In this document: positions 44,533-53,005 of the stretch, in pieces
Position numbering within the stretch: position 1 is the stretch's first letter
How the letters are laid out: every line of letters starts with the position of its first letter
NCBI GenBank assembly: GCA_934167885.1
Contig: CAKPMB010000002.1
Coordinates: forward strand, 9,307 to 73,306
Source of the DNA: an uncultured Bacilli bacterium
Lineage (GTDB): Bacteria > Bacillota_I > Bacilli_A > RF39 > UBA660
Direction of reading: 5' to 3'
DNA length: 64,000 nucleotides
Made by a program: the position numbers and the translations under genes
Notes under the pieces: model-generated
What the model saw: the letters and a program-made list of their open reading frames with translations, nothing else
What the model was told of the DNA's origin: nothing
Databases searched by the model: none

Positions 44533-44805
44533 TTGGAGGCTAAAATGTATGAATACTTAATTGGTGAATATGTTAAAAATTTAACACTTGTTGATATTTT
44601 AAATTATGCTCGTAAGGAAAATATTAATATAAATAATTTAGATGCTAATACTTTGCTTTACTACATTAAATATCATTATAGCGAACTTATAAGTGATGAT
44701 TATCAAAATATTTTAAAAGAAATTAAAAAGAAAATAGACCCCACTACTTATAGTGAAGTCTATAAATTATACGTTCTTTATAGGAATCGTTATTTAACTA
44801 AATAA
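44533..44805 (+). CDS. small hypothetical protein (90 aa)
   Basis: ORF with an RBS-like GGAGG 8 nt upstream; Y/K-rich; no motif. Confidence 0.3.
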   Translation: MEAKMYEYLIGEYVKNLTLVDILNYARKENININNLDANTLLYYIKYHYSELISDDYQNILKEIKKKIDPTTYSEVYKLYVLYRNRYLTK

Positions 44806-45973
44806 TATCATCAAAATTACGTATTAAATAAATAATTAAGATAGTAAACGGAATAATACTTAAAAACATAATATAATTTAAATACAAAACATTATTTAAA
44901 AGTCCTATAACTAACAATAAAGCATGTCCTGTAACTCTCGATATACCAAGAGATGTTTCTAATATTAAATGATATTCTTCTTTTGATAAGGCAACAAATA
45001 AGTCATTACTTTTATTAGCAATAAAAGAGTCACTACAAAGACTTATAAAAGTTATCCCTGTTGCATAAACAATTAAATAAACAATAAAAGCCCAATTAGT
45101 TGGTTTAATACTTAAAATAACTAACATAATAGTAACTAAAACTAAAGTTAATATACTAAGATTTTTATATTGACTTTTTTTCAGTTTCGTTGCATATAAA
45201 AGACAAGTTATACAAGTAAGAATTCCTAAAGCACTATTAAGAAGACCTATCACAAAATTAGATTTAAAATATAATATTTTATAAATGGTCATAACTGATG
45301 CTAAAACCCCACCGCTTATGGTCCAACCTTTTAAATATTGAATGATTAAAACATCCCTTAGTTTACGATTATGCCACATTCTTTTAAATATTTTTAAAAC
45401 ATTAGATGGCTTTTTTTCTTTATTTTCTTCGCAAACAAAGAAGCTTAGAATAAAGATAATAACCATTAAAACAAAGACATATTTACCAATAGTTATATAA
45501 TCGGTCATCGATAATAAAATACCAAGAATAAGGGGAATTAAAATACTACTAACTTGATTAATACATGATAGAATTCCATCATACTTACGACGATTGGTGT
45601 TCGTTATTTTTTCGGTATTTAAAATATTGCGAGGATAATAATAAAATCCTTCTCCTAATCCCTTAATAATTGCTACTAAATAAACATAGTTAACAATTTT
45701 TTCTTTAAGCAACATAATAAGCGCTAGATATAGGGCTGTAAATGATAAACCGATACGGAAATAAGGAACCTTTAGTGAACCTTTTAGGGAATTTTTTATT
45801 ATCCAAAAGGCAATAACTAGTGATAAATAAACAAATAAATAATATTTAGCAAAAGGCAATATTTCATAATTCGTTAAATTAAAGAAATATATAGCAAAGA
45901 AAGTATCAAAATAAATAGTTACAATATTACGTAAAATATTAATTAACGTAAAGGCTTTTAAATCTCTATTCAT
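44798..45973 (-). CDS. polytopic membrane protein, MFS-like transporter
   Basis: About 11-12 predicted TM helices; 391 aa; no sharp motif. Confidence 0.4.
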   Translation of the reverse strand: MNRDLKAFTLINILRNIVTIYFDTFFAIYFFNLTNYEILPFAKYYLFVYLSLVIAFWIIKNSLKGSLKVPYFRIGLSFTALYLALIMLLKEKIVNYVYLVAIIKGLGEGFYYYPRNILNTEKITNTNRRKYDGILSCINQVSSILIPLILGILLSMTDYITIGKYVFVLMVIIFILSFFVCEENKEKKPSNVLKIFKRMWHNRKLRDVLIIQYLKGWTISGGVLASVMTIYKILYFKSNFVIGLLNSALGILTCITCLLYATKLKKSQYKNLSILTLVLVTIMLVILSIKPTNWAFIVYLIVYATGITFISLCSDSFIANKSNDLFVALSKEEYHLILETSLGISRVTGHALLLVIGLLNNVLYLNYIMFLSIIPFTILIIYLIRNFDDII

Positions 45974-47640
45974 TAAAATAACCCTTCAATACGACCATTA
46001 GCGTGAATCTTCATTTTTAAATAGCTTGGACTCTTAGATAAACCTGGCATAGTCATAATATTGCCCATTAAAACAACGATAAAACCAGCCCCTGCTGATA
46101 ATCTTATATCACTAACGTGCATTGTAAAGTTTCGAGGGGATCCTAATATTTTAGGATTATCGGTTAATGAATATTGCGTTTTAGCAATACAAACTGGTAA
46201 TTTATCAAAATGATATTTATTACAGAAAGCAATTTTTTGAAGAGCCTTATCACTAAATGTTACGTCATCGGCACGATATATTTCACGACATATGGTCTTA
46301 ATCTTATCAATAATGCTTAAATCATAACTATAAAGAGGTTTATAATCAATTTCCTTATCACAAAGAGACACAATAGCACGCGCTAAATTAATTGAACCAG
46401 CGCCACCTAATTGATAAGCATCAGATATTTCAACCAAACATCCCATCTTTTTAACATAATCTAGGACATAAGCAATTTCTTTTTCGGTATCTTTATAAAA
46501 ATGATTTATACAAACAACGATATTCTTAGTATATTTTTGCATATTTTCAATATGCGTTCTTAAATTACCAATACCTTTTTGTAAGGCTTCAATATTTTCA
46601 ACATTAATATCATCACCTTTAACCCCACCATTATATTTAATACTACGAATTGTAGTATTTATAACAATAACACGGGGTTTAATAGATGCAATAGGACATT
46701 TTATATCTAAAAACTTCTCGGCTCCAAGGTCAGATCCAAAACCTGCTTCGGTAATAACATAATCACTTAATTTTAAAGCCATTTTTGTAGCAATAATACT
46801 ATTACAACCATGGGCAATATTAGCGAATGGACCACCATGAATAATAACTGGATTATGTTCAAGAGTTTGCACAACATTAGGCTTAATAGCATCTTTTAAA
46901 AGAATAGCAAGGGCATCAACACATTTTAAATCACGAGCAAAAATGGGTTTAGATGAAGTATTATAACCAACTAAAATATTGCCTAAACGTTTTTTTAGAT
47001 CGCTTAATGAAGTAGCAAGACATAAAATGGCCATTATCTCACTAGCAACTGTTATGTTGTAATTATCCATTCGTTCAAGGCCTTTATTATCATATTTAAT
47101 TAAAACATTTCTTAAAGCCCGATCATTTAGATCAACACATCTTTTAAAAGCCACACGATCTAAATCAAAATGCAATTCATTTCCTTGATAAATATGATTA
47201 TCAATAATCGCTGCTAATAAATTATTACAACTTTCAATAGCATGCAAATCACCGGTAAAATGTAAGTTAATATCATCCATAGGAACAATTTGAGCATATC
47301 CACCACCAGTCGCGCCACCTTTTATTCCAAACACCGGACCTAAAGATGGTTCACGTAATACCGCTAAACTATTGTAACCTAGTGAACATAAAGCATCATG
47401 TATACCAATGCTCATAGTCGTTTTCCCTTCACCAAATGGTGTAGGATTACTTGATGTAACAAGAATTAAATTACCATCAGAATTATTTTTAATTTTTTTA
47501 TTAATATTTAAGGATATTTTAGCCTTATAATTACCATATAATTCTAAATATTGGGAACTAATAGACAATTTCTTTAAAACTTTCTTTATATTCCACAATT
47601 TACAATCTTGACTTATTTCAATATCTGTTTTCATATTCAC
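45973..47640 (-). CDS. fhs: formate--tetrahydrofolate ligase
   Basis: SNPTPFGEGKTTMSIGI P-loop region and FTHS-wide similarity by eye; 555 aa. Confidence 0.92.
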   Translation of the reverse strand: MNMKTDIEISQDCKLWNIKKVLKKLSISSQYLELYGNYKAKISLNINKKIKNNSDGNLILVTSSNPTPFGEGKTTMSIGIHDALCSLGYNSLAVLREPSLGPVFGIKGGATGGGYAQIVPMDDINLHFTGDLHAIESCNNLLAAIIDNHIYQGNELHFDLDRVAFKRCVDLNDRALRNVLIKYDNKGLERMDNYNITVASEIMAILCLATSLSDLKKRLGNILVGYNTSSKPIFARDLKCVDALAILLKDAIKPNVVQTLEHNPVIIHGGPFANIAHGCNSIIATKMALKLSDYVITEAGFGSDLGAEKFLDIKCPIASIKPRVIVINTTIRSIKYNGGVKGDDINVENIEALQKGIGNLRTHIENMQKYTKNIVVCINHFYKDTEKEIAYVLDYVKKMGCLVEISDAYQLGGAGSINLARAIVSLCDKEIDYKPLYSYDLSIIDKIKTICREIYRADDVTFSDKALQKIAFCNKYHFDKLPVCIAKTQYSLTDNPKILGSPRNFTMHVSDIRLSAGAGFIVVLMGNIMTMPGLSKSPSYLKMKIHANGRIEGLF

Positions 47641-47659
47641 CTCAAGTATATTATATAAT

Positions 47660-47695
47660 AAAAAAATGTCTATTACTATAAATAGACATTTTTTT
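47660..47695 (-). terminator. terminator after ftsW/rodA (aatgtctat/atagacatt hairpin; A7/T7 flanks, bidirectional geometry)
   Basis: 9-bp perfect stem overlapping the FtsW stop; lies only about 20 nt upstream of the fhs start codon. Confidence 0.5.
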
Positions 47696-48819
47696 CATTG
47701 TTTTCTTAATGTTTTATTTTCAATAGCGACACGTTGAACAAAGGTTAAGGCTAAAACTAAAGATAAAGCATAACTGCCACCATATGATAAGAATGGCAAA
47801 GGAACACCCGTTAGTGGCATAAGGCCCATTATACCACCTAAATTGATAATAATATGTAATAAAATATACCAAAATACTCCATAGCACATTAACCTCGAAC
47901 TGTCATTATTAGACTGTTTAGCAATAATAAAAATTCGCCATAAAACAATAAATAATAATATCAAAATAGCAAAGCCCCCTACTAAACCTAATTCTTCAAC
48001 AATAATAGCAAAGATAAAATCAGTATAAGCTTCTGGCAAATATAAATATTTCTGGGTGCTATTACCAAGACCTTTACCAAACATTCCCCCGTTATTTATA
48101 GCTATATAACCATTACAAACCTGACTACCAGAATCATAAAACTTCTCTTCACTACATGGATTAAAGAAATCAAATCTCTCTAGTTGACGTTCAAAGAAAA
48201 TTTGAACACCATTATTCATTAACAAAATGAAAACAATCAAGACTAAAGATGCAATACCAAGAAAAATATTTCGCTTAGTTTTCTTAGAAATAGGAAGCGA
48301 TGTAAACATAAAGAAAACAATAAACACATAAATACACATCGTTCCTAAATCTGGTTGAATAAAAATTAATACCGCAATCAATAAAACTAAGGCTATTTGC
48401 ACTAAAAAACTCTTTAACTCAATATTTTTATTATTATATTTATAAGTTGATGCAAGCCATACAATAGTCGCCACCTTCGCAAACTCACTCGGTTGTAAAG
48501 TAACACCTTTAATAATTGTTATCCAACTCTTTGCCTGGTTTGATATCGTTCCATGAATTAAAACAACAATTAATAAAACAATAATCGCAATCATCGCTAA
48601 CCAGCTTATATAAGCATAACTCTTCGTTGGAAACTTAATTAAAAACCATGCTAGGATGAAACTAAAGACTAAGAATATTACTTGTTTAAGACAATATGCA
48701 TAAGGAGCCTTATCTTTAACATAACTAGTAACACTGCTAGCCGAAAAAATCATTACAATACCAATAGCAAAAAGTAAAATACTTGTTATTAACAATATTT
48801 TATCAACTTTCTTTAACAT
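47695..48819 (-). CDS. FtsW/RodA/SpoVE-family peptidoglycan polymerase (SEDS)
   Basis: 10 TM helices; conserved SEDS motifs (FQPSEFAKV, LQPDLGT, GLMPLTGVPLPFLSYGGS); 374 aa. Confidence 0.85.
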   Translation of the reverse strand: MLKKVDKILLITSILLFAIGIVMIFSASSVTSYVKDKAPYAYCLKQVIFLVFSFILAWFLIKFPTKSYAYISWLAMIAIIVLLIVVLIHGTISNQAKSWITIIKGVTLQPSEFAKVATIVWLASTYKYNNKNIELKSFLVQIALVLLIAVLIFIQPDLGTMCIYVFIVFFMFTSLPISKKTKRNIFLGIASLVLIVFILLMNNGVQIFFERQLERFDFFNPCSEEKFYDSGSQVCNGYIAINNGGMFGKGLGNSTQKYLYLPEAYTDFIFAIIVEELGLVGGFAILILLFIVLWRIFIIAKQSNNDSSRLMCYGVFWYILLHIIINLGGIMGLMPLTGVPLPFLSYGGSYALSLVLALTFVQRVAIENKTLRKQ

Positions 48820-48840
48820 AAGACTCCCTTCTTAATTATT

Positions 48841-50097
48841 TTAAATAAGTTCTATATCATCATCCTTCTTGGTAGTCTTAGATTTCTTTGCCACCTTTTT
48901 AAGGTTATTATCTTTTTCTTTTAATTGTAATATAAGTAAGACAACCATTGCGATAATTAAAATAATAATCAAAATAATTAACAACGTTTTATTATACTTA
49001 ACTGTTTCTTTTGAGGCGCTATCTTTCACTACTTTTAAACTATATGTTTTAGAAAGACCATTTTCATGTTTAACAACGATCGAAACAACACTACCATCCG
49101 TTAAATTTTCATTATCAACTACTTCATACTCAGTATCATCATTTGGTGTAATAATAAGGGATAACTTACTAGGAATTTCTGGAAATTTTAAAGTATAATC
49201 ATATTTTTTAGGATTAAAAGATAGCGAACATCCACGCACTTCAAGTTTTTTTAAATTTAATATTGATTCATCAATATCCTCTAATCTTTTTACTTTAATA
49301 ACGTATTCATCAGTTACATTCTCATTAGTTACTTTAATTCTTATTTCATTGTCACCAACAATGAATGATTCGGGATTAATAATTTCTACCTTAGCAGTTT
49401 TAGCATTCGCCAACGCTTCTATTTTAGTGTTATTAATTCGATATGGAACAACCACATTATATTCATATTTAGACGATGAAAATTCCAAATCAATATCACT
49501 CAATGTTAGACTTTTAAGTGTTGTATCAGGTTTATTTTTTCTTTTGATGTTTAAAGTCCAATTCTTTTTAGTGCCATCAGGCGCAGTCACTAAATATTGA
49601 ATCTGCTTACTGCTACTATCGATAGGAAACGCAACTTCAAGTGGTGAACACTTAGCGTTTTTATCATTAGGAACACCTACTATTTCAATTGTTTCTGCAT
49701 CGAATAAAACATCAAAACTATAAACGTAAACATCTTTAATTAATTCAACTTCTTCACCATTAATTTTAAGTGAAGACAAAGTATAATCACTAGAAGGAAC
49801 ATACTTAACAATTTTTATATAATAATTAGCCGGCGTGCCATCTTCTAAAATCATGCTTATATTCACTGTCGTATCAGATGTAAGCTCTATTTGATGACCA
49901 CTATCAGGAGATGCTGATTTAACATTATCACTAAGCTTATATTTAATAGTTGCAACCTTCGCATCAACTAAAACTTCACAATTATATCCACTACATTTAA
50001 CTTCTTGATTATTTACGGTCAATTCTTCAAACTCAGATGCATAAACATTTGTGACAAAACACATAAATAACAAAAATAAAAAACCAAATTTCTTCAT
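48841..50097 (-). CDS. secreted, C-terminally anchored protein with cadherin-like beta-sandwich repeats
   Basis: Signal peptide MKKFGFLFLLFMCFVTNVYAS; repeated YTLSSLKINGEEV / TTLKSLTLSDIDLEF...YEYNVVVP modules; C-terminal TM helix LLIILIIILIIAMVVLLIL plus basic tail; start set at the Met with an AGGATGG RBS. Confidence 0.5.
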   Translation of the reverse strand: MKKFGFLFLLFMCFVTNVYASEFEELTVNNQEVKCSGYNCEVLVDAKVATIKYKLSDNVKSASPDSGHQIELTSDTTVNISMILEDGTPANYYIKIVKYVPSSDYTLSSLKINGEEVELIKDVYVYSFDVLFDAETIEIVGVPNDKNAKCSPLEVAFPIDSSSKQIQYLVTAPDGTKKNWTLNIKRKNKPDTTLKSLTLSDIDLEFSSSKYEYNVVVPYRINNTKIEALANAKTAKVEIINPESFIVGDNEIRIKVTNENVTDEYVIKVKRLEDIDESILNLKKLEVRGCSLSFNPKKYDYTLKFPEIPSKLSLIITPNDDTEYEVVDNENLTDGSVVSIVVKHENGLSKTYSLKVVKDSASKETVKYNKTLLIILIIILIIAMVVLLILQLKEKDNNLKKVAKKSKTTKKDDDIELI

Positions 50098-50304
50098 ATC
50101 ATCCATCCTACAAAAGAAATTATAACATTTTAGTAAAATTTTGTCTATATCCACCATATTCAATGTAAATGTGCAAAAAAACTAATTAACTCTATAAGCT
50201 AACAAAACATAAAAATGATATTGAAATTTATTACAGAAAAAAAGCACAATATGTAATTTATTAAAATTTATCTAAAAATTATCCTTTAAGTAGTTGAATT
50301 TAAA

Positions 50305-50340
50305 AAGTCTAATAAGCAAAATTATGTACTTATTAGACTT
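50305..50340 (-). terminator. 12-bp hairpin terminator immediately after the NUDIX gene (aagtctaataag/cttattagactt)
   Basis: Perfect 12-bp stem, 12-nt loop, T-runs on both sides; marks the lower boundary of the accessory operon. Confidence 0.55.
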
Positions 50341-50343
50341 TTT

Positions 50344-50790
50344 TTAATTAAATTTATACCCTAATTTTTCTAACTCCATTATAGCGATAGGAGATAATTC
50401 CTTTTTAGATAATTTATCAATATCAAAAAACTCTGCACCAAGTGAATCGTCATTCACTTCATCCACTTTTACTTCATTCTTAATTTCATTATTGTAATTT
50501 GAAACTTTAAAGAAAATACCAGTATGATGTACCTTCACTAAAACATCTTCCTTAAATTGCCATTCAAAAGCAACAGAATCGGCATCAAATAATTGACAAT
50601 CAACTACCTCTATGCCAACTTCTTCCATTAGCTCTCTTTTCAAAGCATCTTCTGGTCTTTCACAGAACTCTATTGTACCACCAGGTAAATCTAGTTTTCC
50701 ATCATAAGGACCTCCAAATTTTTTAATAAGTAAAATTTTACCGCCTTGAATAACTAAACCATAAGCACCTAATTGTTTAAAATCTTTCAT
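50344..50790 (-). CDS. NUDIX hydrolase
   Basis: Nudix box LPGGTIEFCERPEDALKRELMEEVGIEV; 148 aa; about 80 nt gap after the radical-SAM gene. Confidence 0.7.
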   Translation of the reverse strand: MKDFKQLGAYGLVIQGGKILLIKKFGGPYDGKLDLPGGTIEFCERPEDALKRELMEEVGIEVVDCQLFDADSVAFEWQFKEDVLVKVHHTGIFFKVSNYNNEIKNEVKVDEVNDDSLGAEFFDIDKLSKKELSPIAIMELEKLGYKFN

Positions 50791-50872
50791 CTATCCTTTC
50801 TCACTTTCTTATTTTTATTTTTTAAACTAATATAGTTATAGCATTATTTTAACTTAATTATATTAGTAAAAA

Positions 50873-52018
50873 CTACTTTTTCTTTCTTAAAACATATCCA
50901 TCGATTTCTTTATCGTTTTTATGATAACCTTCCCAGTCAAACTCTGTTATACTTTCAGCACAATAGTTGCAAAATGGAGTGAAATTATTTAACTTTTTTA
51001 TAGCATCCCAACCACTAGATATTTCTGATAATTCTATATAATCATCTCTTGAAACAACATAATTTGTACCATATCTTTTATTTAAAATTTCTATCAATAA
51101 AGGGTAATAACATTTTGCTATTTTTCCATCTCTCAAAAATCTACAAAATCTTCCAATACATTCTTTACTTACTTTATCGCCTGCGTTATTATTTTCTAAT
51201 GTTAATCTAGTTTGAAATTTTTTTATTGGTTCAATCGGACTAAAGAAATCATCATTTATCAAATATGTGATTTTATTAGCATTTAATATATTTAATATTT
51301 TGTCTATTTTTTTGTTTGTAGGTTCATATAAAGAAATAGATATTATTATATCATTATCTACAAATGATTTAATTACTTTCTTATCTAGCTTATCTAACAA
51401 TAAACCATTTGATACTACTACAATTTTGGTTTTTGGTAGTATTCTCCTTGAAATATTTAATAATTCCGAAAAACTAGGATGTAATAATGGTTCTCCTCCT
51501 AAAATTCTAAAGTAATAGACATTAAATTTTTGCGATATTAATTTTATATCACGTTCATAATCAACCAAATCAACATAATTATTATCATAAATATTCGAAA
51601 AATGAGCACATCCTTTACAATTTAAATTGCAATGATCAACAACATTTGTTTCTAAATAATTTAAAAATGGTAATGATAAATCAATTGAATCTATATAACT
51701 ATTTAATTGTTCATAAGATTCCGAATTAGAATATAATACTCTTTCATCAACAATATTTATTTTCTTAAAACCAACATTTTTTAAATACTCAATTGTATCA
51801 CCCATGATAATTGGCTTTTTTGTTATAAATATATTATCATTTTCAGGATTTAAACATTTCTCATTTAAAAAGATAATAGGAATATCTTTATATAGTTTCT
51901 GTGATATATCTGATTTATTTTCCAATTTAAGAAAACCATCAACTATGATATTGTGTTTTTCTAATTTTTTTGCAAACCCTATAGCAAAAGGTCCTGTTCC
52001 AAATATATAATTCTTCAT
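50873..52018 (-). CDS. radical SAM enzyme with N-terminal Rossmann-like extension and C-terminal auxiliary Cys cluster (SPASM/twitch-like)
   Basis: GxGxxA dinucleotide-type motif FGTGPFAIG at residues 6-14; CNLNCKGC (CxxxCxxC) at about residue 130; C-terminal CIGRFC...C and CNYC; RBS AAAGGAGAA 7 nt before the ATG; starts 12 nt after the kinase stop. Confidence 0.7.
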   Translation of the reverse strand: MKNYIFGTGPFAIGFAKKLEKHNIIVDGFLKLENKSDISQKLYKDIPIIFLNEKCLNPENDNIFITKKPIIMGDTIEYLKNVGFKKINIVDERVLYSNSESYEQLNSYIDSIDLSLPFLNYLETNVVDHCNLNCKGCAHFSNIYDNNYVDLVDYERDIKLISQKFNVYYFRILGGEPLLHPSFSELLNISRRILPKTKIVVVSNGLLLDKLDKKVIKSFVDNDIIISISLYEPTNKKIDKILNILNANKITYLINDDFFSPIEPIKKFQTRLTLENNNAGDKVSKECIGRFCRFLRDGKIAKCYYPLLIEILNKRYGTNYVVSRDDYIELSEISSGWDAIKKLNNFTPFCNYCAESITEFDWEGYHKNDKEIDGYVLRKKK

Positions 52019-52030
52019 AAGTTTTCTCCT

Positions 52031-53005
52031 TTATTTTTTTACAAGTTGCAAATATGACATTCTTGAATCCAAATTTTCATACATCCAATCAAATCTTCCA
52101 TATTGTTTTAATTCACAATCAACTATCATTTTTAAAATAACATACATACGATATATTTCAATTCTAACTTTTTCATCATAATTTAACTTTTTATTATCAA
52201 AGCCTTTCAAATAATAATCACTTGTTATTCCATCAATGGTATGAAAATAAAATGTCATCAATTCATCACAGAAATACAAATCTGAAAAATCAACAATTCC
52301 AGCAACTTTTCCATCTTTTATTAGAACATTTCCATCCCATATATCAGTATGTGCTAAACAAAGATTGGAAATGTTATTTAAACTTTCTTTATTTGATATT
52401 ATTATATTTTTAATATTGTCATAATTATTTTTTCCGAGATTAATATTTTTAGATTTAGCATTTTCTAATAAAAGTTCAAATAAATTCATTGTGAATTCAT
52501 AATTATTTTTAAATTTTTTATTTGGTTGACTTGGTAGAAAAAATTCTTGTCCTTTTATGGAACACATTCTTTTACTTAATATTCCTAATTGATACTCAAC
52601 ATTATTTTTTTCTTCTTTGCTCATCCTTTCTTTTATTTCTAAATAATTCGTGCCATCAACATAACTCATAAAAATATATGGTGATTCACATAACGAACAA
52701 CTGTCATCATAGCATAATAACCTTGGAGATGGGAAGTCAATTTTTTCCATTAATTTTAACATTTCAACTTCCCACCAAAGTATATTTCTATCTGCGATTA
52801 TCATTTTACTTTCATCTTTTGGTGCTATTTTTAATACTACCTTATTGCCATTATTTTCTATTAAATATACAGCATTTTTCATTCCACCACTTAATATTGT
52901 TATTTTAATATTATCAGTATCAATATCATTAAATAATTTTTCGTACATAGCTTTAATATTAGATATATTTTGATAATTCTTAACCGAAGATTTATTTCCA
53001 TTCAT
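52031..53005 (-). CDS. aminoglycoside-phosphotransferase-fold (APH / choline-kinase-like) small-molecule kinase
   Basis: Catalytic loop LAHTDIWDGNVL (HxDxxxxN) and GIVDFSD (DFG-equivalent); Brenner-like ILSGGMKNAVY nucleotide loop; start placed at the Met with a GAGG RBS, overlapping the GT gene end by 14 nt (an alternative start lies further upstream). Confidence 0.6.
   Translation of the reverse strand: MNGNKSSVKNYQNISNIKAMYEKLFNDIDTDNIKITILSGGMKNAVYLIENNGNKVVLKIAPKDESKMIIADRNILWWEVEMLKLMEKIDFPSPRLLCYDDSCSLCESPYIFMSYVDGTNYLEIKERMSKEEKNNVEYQLGILSKRMCSIKGQEFFLPSQPNKKFKNNYEFTMNLFELLLENAKSKNINLGKNNYDNIKNIIISNKESLNNISNLCLAHTDIWDGNVLIKDGKVAGIVDFSDLYFCDELMTFYFHTIDGITSDYYLKGFDNKKLNYDEKVRIEIYRMYVILKMIVDCELKQYGRFDWMYENLDSRMSYLQLVKK

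Noticed and set aside
50873-52018. Radical SAM as a prokaryotic viperin (pVip) antiviral enzyme, given the adjacent kinase and NUDIX
   Set aside because: Viperins have the CxxxCxxC near the N-terminus and a distinctive C-terminal extension without extra Cys. This protein has a 120-aa N-terminal extension and a Cys-rich C-terminus (SPASM/twitch-like), so it is not viperin-like.
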